A DNA stretch of 64,000 nucleotides from positions 96,001 to 160,000 of the forward strand of contig CAVUVW010000013.1 in NCBI GenBank assembly GCA_963745035.1. The letters are read 5' to 3'. This DNA comes from an uncultured delta proteobacterium (GTDB lineage: Bacteria; Desulfobacterota; Binatia; UBA9968). Below, one piece after another: positions 1-10,307 of this stretch. Within the stretch, counting starts at the first letter, position 1. Every line of letters begins with the position of its first letter. The position numbers and the translations under genes are program-made. The notes under the pieces were generated by a model that made no database searches, had not been told where the DNA came from, and saw only the letters and a program-made list of their open reading frames with translations.

Positions 1-7
1 AGCCGCT

Positions 8-697
8 TCATAGGCTTTCGCCGCGCGGAACGCCGAGCGCAGCATGCTCGGCCAGGAGAGCGCGCGCCACCCGCACCGACTCGCCGGGCGTCGCTTCGTA
101 GGCGAGAAATCGTTCGAGATCTTTGGGCTCGTCGATATCGAGCGCGATGTGTTCGTTTTCGTAAAAGCGCATCGGCAAGCCCTGGGCGGTCACCTGGCTC
201 AGATGGAACGTAAAGCTGTCGTAGCCGAAGCGCAGCGGAATGACATCGGGCGGCGCCAATAAGAGCGCGTTGGTGCCCTTGCGGTCGTGGGACGGGACCA
301 GCAGCGCAAACGGCGGCGCCGCATCGTGCGGGACTTGCGCGAGGATCTGCTCGATATCGGCGGCTCCCACGAGCGGCATGTCGCCGGGCAGGATGAGCAC
401 CGCTTCGCAGCCGGCGCGCTGCAACTCCTGCCGGGCAAAGTCGACCGCCGCGGTCTCGCCGTTCTCGACGCGCTCGCGAATCACTTCCGCGCCGGCGAGC
501 GCGGCGATGCCCGCCACCTTGTCGTCTCCGGTCACCACGAAAGTCCCCGCCAATCCCCGCGCCGTTCTCACCTGCCGCAGCACATCGCGGAACATGGTCT
601 CGGCAAGCAGCTCGCGCGCCGCGCCGCTCAAGACCGGCGTGAGGCGCTGCTTGGCGTTGCGAAAGCCCTTCACGGGCATGAGGGCGGCGATATTCAT
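8..697 (-). CDS. cofC: 2-phospho-L-lactate/PEP guanylyltransferase (F420 biosynthesis)
   Basis: N-terminal PVK..AKQRL, PGDMPL, GTNAL, FG.DSF..H and LDIDEP.DL motifs; directly downstream of cofD. Confidence 0.92.
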   Translation of the reverse strand: MNIAALMPVKGFRNAKQRLTPVLSGAARELLAETMFRDVLRQVRTARGLAGTFVVTGDDKVAGIAALAGAEVIRERVENGETAAVDFARQELQRAGCEAVLILPGDMPLVGAADIEQILAQVPHDAAPPFALLVPSHDRKGTNALLLAPPDVIPLRFGYDSFTFHLSQVTAQGLPMRFYENEHIALDIDEPKDLERFLAYEATPGESVRVARALLAEHAALGVPRGESL

Positions 698-724
698 GCG
701 TGGTCCAGAAAGAATTTTTTTAGA

Positions 725-1651
725 CTATTTTCGCGCCCACGCCAAGACCTCGCCGGCGAGGCGCCGCTTGTCGGCAAGCGATGTCATGCGGATGTTTGTG
801 CCGCGGGTTTTGATGCCGAGACTTTCGATCTCCGCGGCGATGCTCTCGTCCTCCGCCGCGATCAGAAGCTTATCGAGAAAACCGCGATAGAAATCAGCGA
901 CGCCGAACGCCGATGCTCGCCAGCCGCTCGCGCGCATCAATTTATCGGCCGGACCTGAGATCGCCGCCGCGCCGATCATCGGGCTCACGCCCACCGCCGG
1001 CGCTTCGGTTTGTTCGAGCGCCGCGCGAACTCCGGGCACGGCGAGGATCGGGCCGATGCTGGTGATCGGATTGCTTGGACAAACAATGATCGCTTCGGCG
1101 CGGTGAATCGCGTCGAGCACGCCGGGCGCGGGCCGGCTCTGTTCCACGCCGGCGAAGCGGACGGCTAGAACGTCGGGCGCCCAGCGTTCCCTGACGAAGA
1201 ATTCTTGAAAAGAAAGCTCGCCCGTCGCAATCTTCACCCGGGTTTCGACACGCTCATCGGACATCGGCAAGATTCTCGCGGCGACGCGGAGCGCGCGGCG
1301 AATCTGCTCGGTGACCTCGGAAAGTTTTCGCCCTTCGTTCAAAAGCCGCGTGCGTGTGATGTGCGTCGCCAGATCCTGATCACCGAGGTTGAACCAAGCG
1401 TCGTTACCCAAACGGCGCAGTTGCTCCAGCACGGTGAAGGTATCGCCCTTGATGCCCCAACCTTTTTCGGTGTCGCTCAGACCGGCCAGCGTGTAGGTGA
1501 TCGTGTCGATGTCGGGCGAGATATGCAGGCCGTGAAAGACGCAGTCGTCGCCGGTATTGCAGATGATTGTCAGATCGGCGGGATCAACGATCGCGGCCAG
1601 GCCCTCGACGAGCTTGGCGCCGCCGGTGCCGCCGCTAAGAGCGACGATCAT
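725..1651 (-). CDS. cofD: 2-phospho-L-lactate transferase (F420 biosynthesis)
   Basis: MIVALSGGTGGAKL, NTGDD..HGLHISPDIDT, WFNLGDQDLATH, PSNPITSIGPIL; own ATG at 1651; C-terminal part of the 717-aa ORF. Confidence 0.92.
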   Translation of the reverse strand: MIVALSGGTGGAKLVEGLAAIVDPADLTIICNTGDDCVFHGLHISPDIDTITYTLAGLSDTEKGWGIKGDTFTVLEQLRRLGNDAWFNLGDQDLATHITRTRLLNEGRKLSEVTEQIRRALRVAARILPMSDERVETRVKIATGELSFQEFFVRERWAPDVLAVRFAGVEQSRPAPGVLDAIHRAEAIIVCPSNPITSIGPILAVPGVRAALEQTEAPAVGVSPMIGAAAISGPADKLMRASGWRASAFGVADFYRGFLDKLLIAAEDESIAAEIESLGIKTRGTNIRMTSLADKRRLAGEVLAWARK

Positions 1652-2878
1652 CAGGAAGGCCCTGAAAGCGACGGAGTGTTGGTGTAATGAGAGTATTGGC
1701 AATTCCCGGAGCGGTCCGTTTTCTTTTACCAAGCCGTCGGCGCCACAAAGGCGTTCCACGGAAGGAATGAGTGAATGGGGCAGATATTTTTCACCCTGGT
1801 GAATAAATTCCGGATAAATCGGCAAACGCGCTCTCAGTTCGAAACCCGCTTGCGCACTTTTCTCTTGCAGCAATTGCAGCGTCGGCCACGGCGCTTCGGG
1901 ATTGATATAATCCGGCGTCAGCGGCGAAACGCCGCCCCAGTCGTTGATTCCGGCTTCTAAATACAACTCGTAACCTTCCGGCGTCAGATTGGGCGGCGCC
2001 TGGATGTTCATCTCGCCGCCGAGGATCAAGCGCGCGAGCGCTACTGTCTTCGACATGTCGTCGCGCGTCGCGTCGGGATGAGCGCGCATGGGAATCGTCG
2101 GCTTGGCGCGAAAGTTCTGCACGATCACTTCTTGAATGTGGCCGTAGCGTTCGTGCAGCGCGCGAATCGCGAGCAAAGAATCGATCCGCTCCTCCCAATT
2201 CTCGCCGATGCCGATGAGAATACCCGTGGTAAACGGCAGGCGCAGCTCTCCCGCCAGCTCCAACGTGCGCAGCCGCACCGCCGGCTTTTTGTCCGGCGCG
2301 TTGTCATGAGCCGCGCCGGGAAGCAGCAACCGCTCGCTCACGCTTTCGAGCATGAGTCCCATGCTCGGGTTGACTTCCTTGAGACGCTGCAAATCACCCC
2401 GCCCCATCACCCCGGGATTCGAGTGCGGCAACAATCCGGTTTCGTCTAAAACCGCGCGGCAAGCCTCGAGCAAATAATCGAGCGTGCGCTGGTGGCCGCG
2501 CTCGGTTAGGAACGCTTTCATTTCCGGATAAATCGCTTCCGGCTTATCGCCGAGGCTAAAAAGCACTTCGGTGCAGCCGAGCAGCCTTCCCTGATTGACG
2601 ACGCGCAGAACTTCGTCGATGGTCATGGTCTTGGCGCCCGCCTCATCCGGCGCCTTACGAAACGTGCAATAGCCGCAAAAATCGCGGCAGAGATTAGTCA
2701 ACGGGACGAAAACCTTGGGAGAGAAAGTGACGATGCGCCCTTTATGTTGATTGCGAAGTCGTGCCGCAGCCGCAAGCAAAATCGCCAGCTCATCGCCTTC
2801 GATGCGGGCAAGTGCCAGTGCTTCAGCACGGCCGACCTGCTTGCCTCGCAGACAGTCGGTTAAAACATCCGCGATCAC
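1651..2878 (-). CDS. cofG: FO synthase subunit 1 (radical SAM); read in frame with cofD in this assembly
   Basis: VTFSPKVFVPLTNLCRDFCGYCTF (CxxxCxxC), PHSNPG, SMGLMLES, GHIQEVIVQNF, QAPPNL, GINDWGGVSP; probable true stop TGA at 1653-1651 overlapping the cofD ATG. Confidence 0.88.
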
Positions 2879-3077
2879 TCTTGCTTGAATATCGGATCAC
2901 CGCCCCGGTTTCAAATCACTGACGCGTGAACCGTAACAACCTTGCAGCAGCTAATACACGAGAGTACTCGCCTCCCTTGGTAGCAGAGCGGCGTTTCGGT
3001 TGCCCTTGCGAGTTTCGCTGTGGTACTTCTCAAGCGTTTGGTGCTGACAAAGCGCAACTCAAAGCGGAGGAAAAGTC

Positions 3078-4277
3078 ATGGACAATTTCGACAATGTGCT
3101 GGTCATCGATGCCGACGGCCATGTGTACGAAGGCAACGTCGATCTCGCCAGGAGAATGCCGGAAAAGTGGCGCTCGCAGGCGCCGGTTCGGTTGAAGGAC
3201 AACGAGGGCAACTCGCGCATTTTGCTCGAAGGCCGTCTGTGGTCGGCGTCGCAAGGGTTGGCTCCCGGCGTCTCAGGGCCGATGACCGAGAAGGCGCGCG
3301 GCTATCGCGATGGGATGGTCGATCCCCGCGCTCGGCTGAAAGACATGGACGAGGAAGGCATCGACGTCGCGATTCTCTTCGGCACGCAGATCGCGCTCAC
3401 GGTGAACGGTTTGATGAACAAGGAACTCGCCGCCGTGCTTTGCCGCGCGGTAAACGAGTGGCTGATCGAATATTGCTCCGCCGACCCGAAGCGTTTGCTC
3501 GCTGTCGGTTTGATTCCTTGCCAGGACCCACCGGCTGCGGTGGAAGAGCTGGAATATCTCAAAAAAGCCGGCGCGATCACCGCGATGCTGCCGACCAACG
3601 TCTACGGATTAAACAACATGGGCGATCGCATGTTCGATCCGATCTACGATTGCGCTCAATCGATCGGCATGCCGCTCAGCGTCCATCCGCAGACCGGCCA
3701 CGACGGCGTCCTCGGCGTCTCCGGCGTCATGGGCGCGGGCAGCGAGCGCTTTCGCAAATACGCCTACGTGCACATGACTGCTTTTCCGTTTGAGCTGATG
3801 ATCGCCATGATGCACATGATCGGCGAGGGCGTCTTCGACCGCTATCCGAAATTGCGTGTCGGATTCATGGAGGGCGGCGCCGGCTGGCTGCCGTTCTGGG
3901 CCGAGCGCTTCGACGAGCATATCGAAAAGCTCGCGCCGCAGATGCCCGACCTCAAGCGCCGGCCGAGCGACATCATCCGCGGCGAGCAAGTGACGCTTAC
4001 CTGCGAGTCCGAAGAGACCGGCCTCGACCGCGTCTTCGCCGCCAACGGCGAGAACACCGTCATGTACGCCTCGGACTACTGCCACTGGGATTGTCACTTT
4101 CCCTATTCGGTGAAGGATGTGGTCGACGGAGCGGATCTGTCGTTTGCGCAGAAGGAGCGGTTGCTGAGCAAGAACGCCGTCGAATTTTTCCAACTGAAAA
4201 ACCTGCCCCAGCCGAGCGCGCTCAAGAACGCGCGGCGGAGCTGGAGCGGAAGCTTGGCAAAAGCGGCAACGGCGTGA
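3078..4277 (+). CDS. Amidohydrolase family protein (amidohydro_2, ACMSD/LigW-like)
   Basis: IDADGH, DMDEEGID, GVFDRYPKLRVGFMEGGAGW, ASDYCHWD; GGAGG RBS upstream. Confidence 0.85.
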   Translation: MDNFDNVLVIDADGHVYEGNVDLARRMPEKWRSQAPVRLKDNEGNSRILLEGRLWSASQGLAPGVSGPMTEKARGYRDGMVDPRARLKDMDEEGIDVAILFGTQIALTVNGLMNKELAAVLCRAVNEWLIEYCSADPKRLLAVGLIPCQDPPAAVEELEYLKKAGAITAMLPTNVYGLNNMGDRMFDPIYDCAQSIGMPLSVHPQTGHDGVLGVSGVMGAGSERFRKYAYVHMTAFPFELMIAMMHMIGEGVFDRYPKLRVGFMEGGAGWLPFWAERFDEHIEKLAPQMPDLKRRPSDIIRGEQVTLTCESEETGLDRVFAANGENTVMYASDYCHWDCHFPYSVKDVVDGADLSFAQKERLLSKNAVEFFQLKNLPQPSALKNARRSWSGSLAKAATA

Positions 4278-4288
4278 GGAGATACGAC

Positions 4289-5239
4289 ATGCGAGCGGGA
4301 CGGTTGATTCTCATCGCTCTCTTGACGGCATTCGGTTTGGTTCCGCGCCTGGCGCAGGGAGCGGAGGCAACTTATAAAATTCGCATCGGCTTTCCCTCTC
4401 TCGCTTTTTCCTACATGCCCTATTACATCGCCCAGGAAAAAGGGATCTACAAAAAGCACGGCATCGAGTCCGAATACATTCAGATGGGCACCACGATCCA
4501 ACCCCAGGCGGTCGTCGCGGGTAACATCAACTATTTGACCTCCGTCTCGGCCGGTATTTCCGCGGCGGTCGCCGGTCTGCCTCTGGTCATCGTCATCAGC
4601 TTTTCCGACACTTCGCCGTGGGTGCTGGTGACGAGCAAAGATATCCACAAGCCTCAGGATCTCGCCGGCAAGACCGTCGCGCTCTCCGGAGTTCGCACCG
4701 CGCCCTACTACTACTTCAACGCATTTTTGAAGAAATACGAAATCAATCCGAAAGACGTGAGCACAATCAGCACCGGAGGAACCGCGGATAGCTTTCGCGC
4801 GCTGACGGCCAACCGCGTCGCCGCCACGGTACTGACGCCGCCATTCGATGACAAAGCGGTTTCTCTCGGCTACAAGAAATTCATGCAGCTGGGCGAGCTG
4901 GCGGATATTCCGTACGTCGGCCTGGTGACCTCGCAAAACGAGATCAAAACCAACCGCGAGTCGGTGCGCCGTACCGTGGCGGCGGTGATGGATTCGATTG
5001 CGTGGCTGCGCGCCAATCGCGACGAAAGCACGAAGATGATCATCGACAAATTCAAAGTAACTCCGCAGGAAGCCGAAAATACCTATGCGACCTTGGTGCG
5101 TATCCTCAACAAGGATGGCCGCCTCAATCTTAAGGTGGCGCGCGGCTACGTCGACCTCCTCCGTCAGGAACGTCCGGTCCCGGCGGACTTCGATTTGACA
5201 CGAGTGTTCGATTCCTCGTTCCTACCGGCCAATCGTTAA
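4289..5239 (+). CDS. ABC-type substrate-binding protein, NMT1/SsuA/TauA-like
   Basis: Signal peptide, YIAQEKGIYKKHGIE, DLAGKTVA; ATG 4289 after GAGGAG. Confidence 0.8.
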   Translation: MRAGRLILIALLTAFGLVPRLAQGAEATYKIRIGFPSLAFSYMPYYIAQEKGIYKKHGIESEYIQMGTTIQPQAVVAGNINYLTSVSAGISAAVAGLPLVIVISFSDTSPWVLVTSKDIHKPQDLAGKTVALSGVRTAPYYYFNAFLKKYEINPKDVSTISTGGTADSFRALTANRVAATVLTPPFDDKAVSLGYKKFMQLGELADIPYVGLVTSQNEIKTNRESVRRTVAAVMDSIAWLRANRDESTKMIIDKFKVTPQEAENTYATLVRILNKDGRLNLKVARGYVDLLRQERPVPADFDLTRVFDSSFLPANR

Positions 5240-5249
5240 AGCCCTCGCC

Positions 5250-5909
5250 GTGCGGCCTCTGAAATCATTGCTGTCCTTCAATCTTGTGATCCTCGCCGTC
5301 TTGACCGCCGGCTATGGCGCAGTTTCTGAGGCGCAATCCCGCCGCAACATCAAGGTCGTTTTGGAAACCCGCCAGACCGCCACGAGCAACCAGGAAGCAT
5401 TGCAAGGCTCGGGAAGCGTGATCGTTCGCCGCGGCACGGTTCACCCTTCCGGCCGCATCGCCGGCACCGACCGGCAGACCACCGTGCAGCGGTCGAGCGG
5501 TATTTTTACCCTGGTGCTCGACGGCGGCGAATCGATACTGACGGTCGTCACCCGCGTGCCCCAGGCAGAGATCGCCTATTACTACAATCATGCGCTCGGC
5601 AGCGGCGCCATCGAGCGGCGCATCGTCTTCACCGACGTCGGCACCTCGCTGCGCGTCCAGGCCACGACGTTGGCGGACGGCCAGATTCAACTCCGCTTAA
5701 TTCCGCGCATCAGCTATTTTTCCGTCGACCGTCCCGGCGCGATCGATTTTACCGACGCAGCGAGCGAGCTCATTGTCCCCAACGGCCAGCCCGTCTCACT
5801 GGGCGGCCCGATCGCCAACCTGCACGAGATCACGCGCCAGATTCTCGGCTATTACAATCGCGCGAGCAGCAGCGAAACCGGATTGACGGTCACCGCAACG
5901 GTCCAGTAA
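5250..5909 (+). CDS. Secreted beta-rich protein resembling a minimal secretin domain
   Basis: Signal peptide; LVLDG..S.L.V..RVP, DVGTSLRVQ..LADGQIQLRLIPRIS and LIVPNGQPVSLGG resemble the secretin barrel pattern by eye. Confidence 0.5.
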   Translation: MRPLKSLLSFNLVILAVLTAGYGAVSEAQSRRNIKVVLETRQTATSNQEALQGSGSVIVRRGTVHPSGRIAGTDRQTTVQRSSGIFTLVLDGGESILTVVTRVPQAEIAYYYNHALGSGAIERRIVFTDVGTSLRVQATTLADGQIQLRLIPRISYFSVDRPGAIDFTDAASELIVPNGQPVSLGGPIANLHEITRQILGYYNRASSSETGLTVTATVQ

Positions 5910-6044
5910 TCTTCGTTACAACGAGCGCCACCAACCGATGCTTGTCGATAGCCGCGCAAGCAAGGCTGCGCCCGGATAACCGTCTTGACAAAAGGCGCCC
6001 TTGTTGATGACTTAGAAATTAACGACCCGTCAGGAGGACCAGCC

Positions 6045-7139
6045 ATGGCGTTTAACGGCCACACGATTATCGACGGCGACGGCCACGTGATCGAAGAATG
6101 CAAGGAAATCATCAACTACATGCCCCAGCCCTATCGCGACAAGTACGACACCCACAGTTTCTTCAATCCCTTTCCGCCGTTGGATCACCTGCACTCGTCC
6201 AACTTGCACGATTTTCAACCGGGCGCATTTAACAAGGTCGGCCCCGACGGCTGGGTGGCCTTTTTGGAAGACGTCGGCATCGAAGCCACCGTGCTCTACA
6301 CGACCCTGGGTCTCGCCTACGGCAAGATCGTCAGCCGCGATTGGGCCATCGACGTGGGCCGAGCGTACAATGATTGGCTTTACGATACTTATTTGAAGCG
6401 CAGCCCGCGTTTTAAGGGCATGGGTTTAATTCCGCTGCAGGAGCCGCAGGCCGCGGTGGAAGAGCTCAGAAGAATCGTTAAAGATCTCGGCATGTGCGGC
6501 GCCATGCTGCCGTCGACGGGCATTCAGGCCAATCTCGGCGACTCGCGCTACTGGCCGATCTACGAAGAGGCCGACCGCCTCGGCTGCGCCCTCAGCGTCC
6601 ATGGCGGCGCTCACGAAAACCTCGGACTCGATGACCTGACGCCCTACGCGCCGGTGCACTCGCTGGGCCACCCCTTCGGCCAAATGATTTCCTTCGGCGG
6701 CATGATTTTCAACGGCGTGTTCGACAAATTTCCGAACGTGAAATTCGGCTTCATGGAAGGCGGCGTCGCCTGGTTCTTGCTCTGCCTGGAGCGTTTCGAC
6801 CGCTCCTGGGAAACCCATATTCAGCACGACCCGCGCAAGCGCTTTCTCGAGCTTCGGCCCAAGGAAAAAGTGAGCGAATACATCGCGCGCCACGTCGAAG
6901 CGGGACAGATCTTCATCGGCTGCGAAGGCGAAGAGCCCGATATCGCCCACGCGATCAAACGCATCGGCAACAAGCCCTGGGTGTTTTCCAGCGACTATCC
7001 GCACGAAGTCAACAACGAGTTCTGCAAACACGAGATCAACGAGTTTCTCGAAAATAGAGAGATCAGCGACGCCGACAAAGCGGCCTTCCTGCATGGCAAC
7101 GCGCGCAGGTTTTATAGCCTGGGAGCCGCAGGGCTATGA
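6045..7139 (+). CDS. Amidohydrolase family protein
   Basis: IDGDGH, RAYNDW, GVFDKFPNVKFGFMEGG, FSSDYPH; ATG 6045 after AGGAGG. Confidence 0.85.
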   Translation: MAFNGHTIIDGDGHVIEECKEIINYMPQPYRDKYDTHSFFNPFPPLDHLHSSNLHDFQPGAFNKVGPDGWVAFLEDVGIEATVLYTTLGLAYGKIVSRDWAIDVGRAYNDWLYDTYLKRSPRFKGMGLIPLQEPQAAVEELRRIVKDLGMCGAMLPSTGIQANLGDSRYWPIYEEADRLGCALSVHGGAHENLGLDDLTPYAPVHSLGHPFGQMISFGGMIFNGVFDKFPNVKFGFMEGGVAWFLLCLERFDRSWETHIQHDPRKRFLELRPKEKVSEYIARHVEAGQIFIGCEGEEPDIAHAIKRIGNKPWVFSSDYPHEVNNEFCKHEINEFLENREISDADKAAFLHGNARRFYSLGAAGL

Positions 7140-7838
7140 ACTCCGAGCCGCGCATCGGACTGATTATCCCGTCGGCCAACAGCCTGACCGAGCCGCAATT
7201 TCATCGCTATCTGCCGCCCGAAGTCAGCGCGCACATCGCCCGGCTGCGCATGGCCGGCAAGTTTCGCAAGCCGCTCGAGGAATTGAAATCGTCGCTCATC
7301 GAAGCCGCCGAGGCGCTTTCCGACGTGCGGCCGGCGATGATCGTTTTCCATTGCACCGCAAATTCCATGGAGAAGGGCTTGGCGCACGAGGCCGCCATCG
7401 TCGATATCATCGAAACAGGCGAGCGGCTGTCCGACCATCTCGACCGCGCAAGCGATCACGCGCGCTTTTGATAAGGTTGGCATCAAAAAACTCGTGTTGA
7501 TCAGCCCGTACGTCAAAGCGACCAACGAGCACGAGGTGAACTATCTGGCCGAGGCGGGTTACACAGTCGTCCACGAGCTGGGACTCGGCTTGGAAAGCCA
7601 CGCCTATGCGAAAGTCACGCCGGAAGAATGGAAAAAAGTCGTCAAGGAAAACACCCGCGCCGACGCCGACGGCTACTTTCTCAGCTGCACCAACACGCGG
7701 ATGATCGAAGCGATCGACGATCTGGAGCGCGATCTAGGCAAGCCGGTGGTGAACAGCAACCAAGCCGTCCTCTGGACTTGCCTCGACAAACTCGGCATCC
7801 GCCACGTCGGCGAAAAGCTCGGCCGCTTGTTCCACTAG
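7136..7838 (+). CDS. Maleate cis-trans isomerase / Asp-Glu racemase family (one frameshift near 7420-7440)
   Basis: IGLIIPSAN..EP, FHCTANS, ISPY, LSCTNT, PVVNSNQA across two frames; ATGA overlap with the upstream gene. Confidence 0.8.
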
Positions 7839-7840
7839 CA

Positions 7841-10091
7841 TCAAACCAGACGGCCGTGTTTTACCAGCTCGGCCAGCTTCTCTCCCAGGCCGGTATTTCT
7901 TTTCTCCACCCGCAGGTTTCGGATCGCCATCGCCAGCGCCCTTTTGCTGCCGACCAAAACCACGAGCTTTTTGCCGCGCGTGACCGCCGTGTAGAGAATG
8001 CTGCGGTGCAGCAGCAAATAATGCGAAGTATGGAGCGGAATCACCACCGCCGGATACTCGCTACCCTGGCTTTTGTGCACTGACGTGGCGTAGGCCAGGC
8101 CGATCTCGTCGAGCTCATCGGAGTCGTAGGCCACCAGCTTGTCGAAAAAGTCGACCTTCACCCCGCCGTCCTCCCGGTCGATGGAGGCGATCCGGCCGAG
8201 GTCGCCGTTGAAAACTCCCTTGTCATAATTATTGCGCAGCTGCATGACCTTGTCGCCGGCGCGCAGCGCAAAGCCGCCGCGTTCGAGGATCTGGCCCGTC
8301 GGATTGAGCAGGCCCTGCAGCTCGCGGTTGAGATTGATCGTGCCCAGAAAGCCCGCGGTGCATCGGCGTCAGCACTTGGATCGTCTGCGCCACTTCGTGC
8401 GCGTCCAAGCTGCAAGGAACGCGGGATGCTTTCGCGCACGAGCTCCTTGACCGTGGCGAGAATCTCTTCTTCCGATTCGCGCGCGATAAAAACAGAAATC
8501 GCGCCTGTCGCGCGCCGTCGCCCCAGACCAGCGACTGACCTTCGAGAATGCGGTGCGCGTTGACGACGATCAGGCTCTCGCGGTCCTGGCGAAAGATGCG
8601 CCGCAGCACGACTTTGGGAACCGCGCCGGAATCGATCAGATCGCGGAGCACGCTGCCCGGCCCCACCGACGGCAACTGATCGACGTCGCCGACGAGAATC
8701 AGATGGCTATGCGGATCGACCGCGCGCAGCAGATGATCCATCAGGGCGAGATCCACCATCGACGCTTCATCGACGATGACGAAGTCCGCTTCCAGAGGAT
8801 TATCCTCGGTGCGCTGAAAGCCGCCTTCGCGCGGATTGAATTCGAGCAGACGATGAATCGTCATCGCTTCTTCGCCGGCGCTTTCGGCCATGCGCTTGGC
8901 GGCGCGCCCGGTCGGCGCCGCCAGGACAAAGCTGACTTCGGCGCGGCGCAAGATCGTCAAAAGCGCGGTCAACAACGTGGTCTTGCCCGTTCCCGGGCCG
9001 CCGGTGATGACCAGTACTTTTTCACGCAGCGCTTGCTCGGTGGCGCGCGCTTGATCCGCGTCCAAGCGTCACCGCCGAAGGCGCGAACAATTCCGGGCTG
9101 ATCAAATCGATGGCGCCGCGCGCCGCGCCCGTCGAGCGATCCCAGGGGCTCGGGATTTTTTCGCGTTGGATCGTCGACGGCGTCGCCAACAAGGCGCCGA
9201 ATGCCGCCGCCACGCGCCGCTCGGCGTGATAGAGCTCTTCAAGATAAACCTGGGTGGCGCCGCCCTCGGCTTCATGAAGAACCAAGTCGCCCCTGGCGGC
9301 CAGTTTCGAATACCGCCGCTTCGACCGGATCTTCGTCGATGTTGAGCAGCGCGGCGGCATTGCGCTTGAGCGACGCGAGCTCGGCAAAACAGTGGCCGCG
9401 CTCGGCCATTTCGCGCAAATGTGCAGCACGCCGGCTTGCACGCGCAGCGGAAAATCACCGCGGATGCCGATCTGATCGGCGAGCCGGTCGGCCAGCAGAA
9501 AGCCGATGCCGTGCACCTGCCGCGCCAGCGCGTAGGGATTCTCGCGCACTTGATCGATCGGTCGCGGCGCCGAAGACCCGGTAGATTCTCAGCGCCAAGG
9601 AAGCGCCGACGCCGTGGCCCTGCAGAAACACCATGACGTCCTGCATGCCGCGCTGGGCTTGCCAGGCTTGCATGATGCGCCGCGCGCGGGCTTCGCCGAT
9701 GCCGTCGACGTCGAGAATCCGCAGAGGCTGTTCGGACAACACGCGGAGCGTGTCGAGACCGAAAGCCGCCACCAATCGTTTCGCGTAAGTCGGGCCGATG
9801 CCTTTGATCATGCCGGAGCCGAGATACTTTTCGATGCCTTCGAGGGTCGCCGGATCGATCTTCTCCCATTGATGCACCTGGAACTGCAGGCCGTAGCGCG
9901 CATGGCGTTTCCACACGCCGGAGACTTTGAATTTCTTCGCCTTCCGCCACCGGAAAAATCGTCCCGACAACGGTGACGCCCGGTCCGCCGTCTTCATCGA
10001 GACGCGCGACGGTATAATGCGTTTCCGGGTGCTGGTAGGTGATCCGGCTGATCGTGCCTTGGAGCGAGGCGTATCGTTCGTTTTCGGCCAT
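7841..10091 (-). CDS. recD2: ATP-dependent RecD2-type helicase (multiple frameshifts)
   Basis: YLGSGMIKGIGP, ENPY.L, ITGGPGTGKT, APTGRAAKR, VDEASM, GDVDQLPSVGPG, VHKSQGSEY, LYTAVTR spread over successive frames. Confidence 0.88.
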
Positions 10092-10307
10092 GCGGCAAAT
10101 CTCCGGCGGTCATCCTACTGCAAACCGCGCAAAGCGTAAACGAGGCAGCTTGCCTTTTGCCGGGCGGGCGATACAATTCGGGCAAATCGTCAAATTTCAC
10201 CGTTCGCTCTCGATTATTGGCCGTCCCCGCCCCTCATCTCTTGGTCCGCAGCACACCGCCCTGTTTTTGCCGGTCCTTTGACCTGTGAAATCCCAGGAGA
10301 CGAAATC

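Noticed and set aside
725-2878. Single 717-aa CofG-CofD fusion CDS
   Set aside because: One extra base in a repeat unit explains the join and a TGATG overlap is present; annotated as two genes pending reads
2879-3077. Riboswitch between cofG and the amidohydrolase
   Set aside because: No recognisable aptamer consensus by eye; an Rfam scan would be needed
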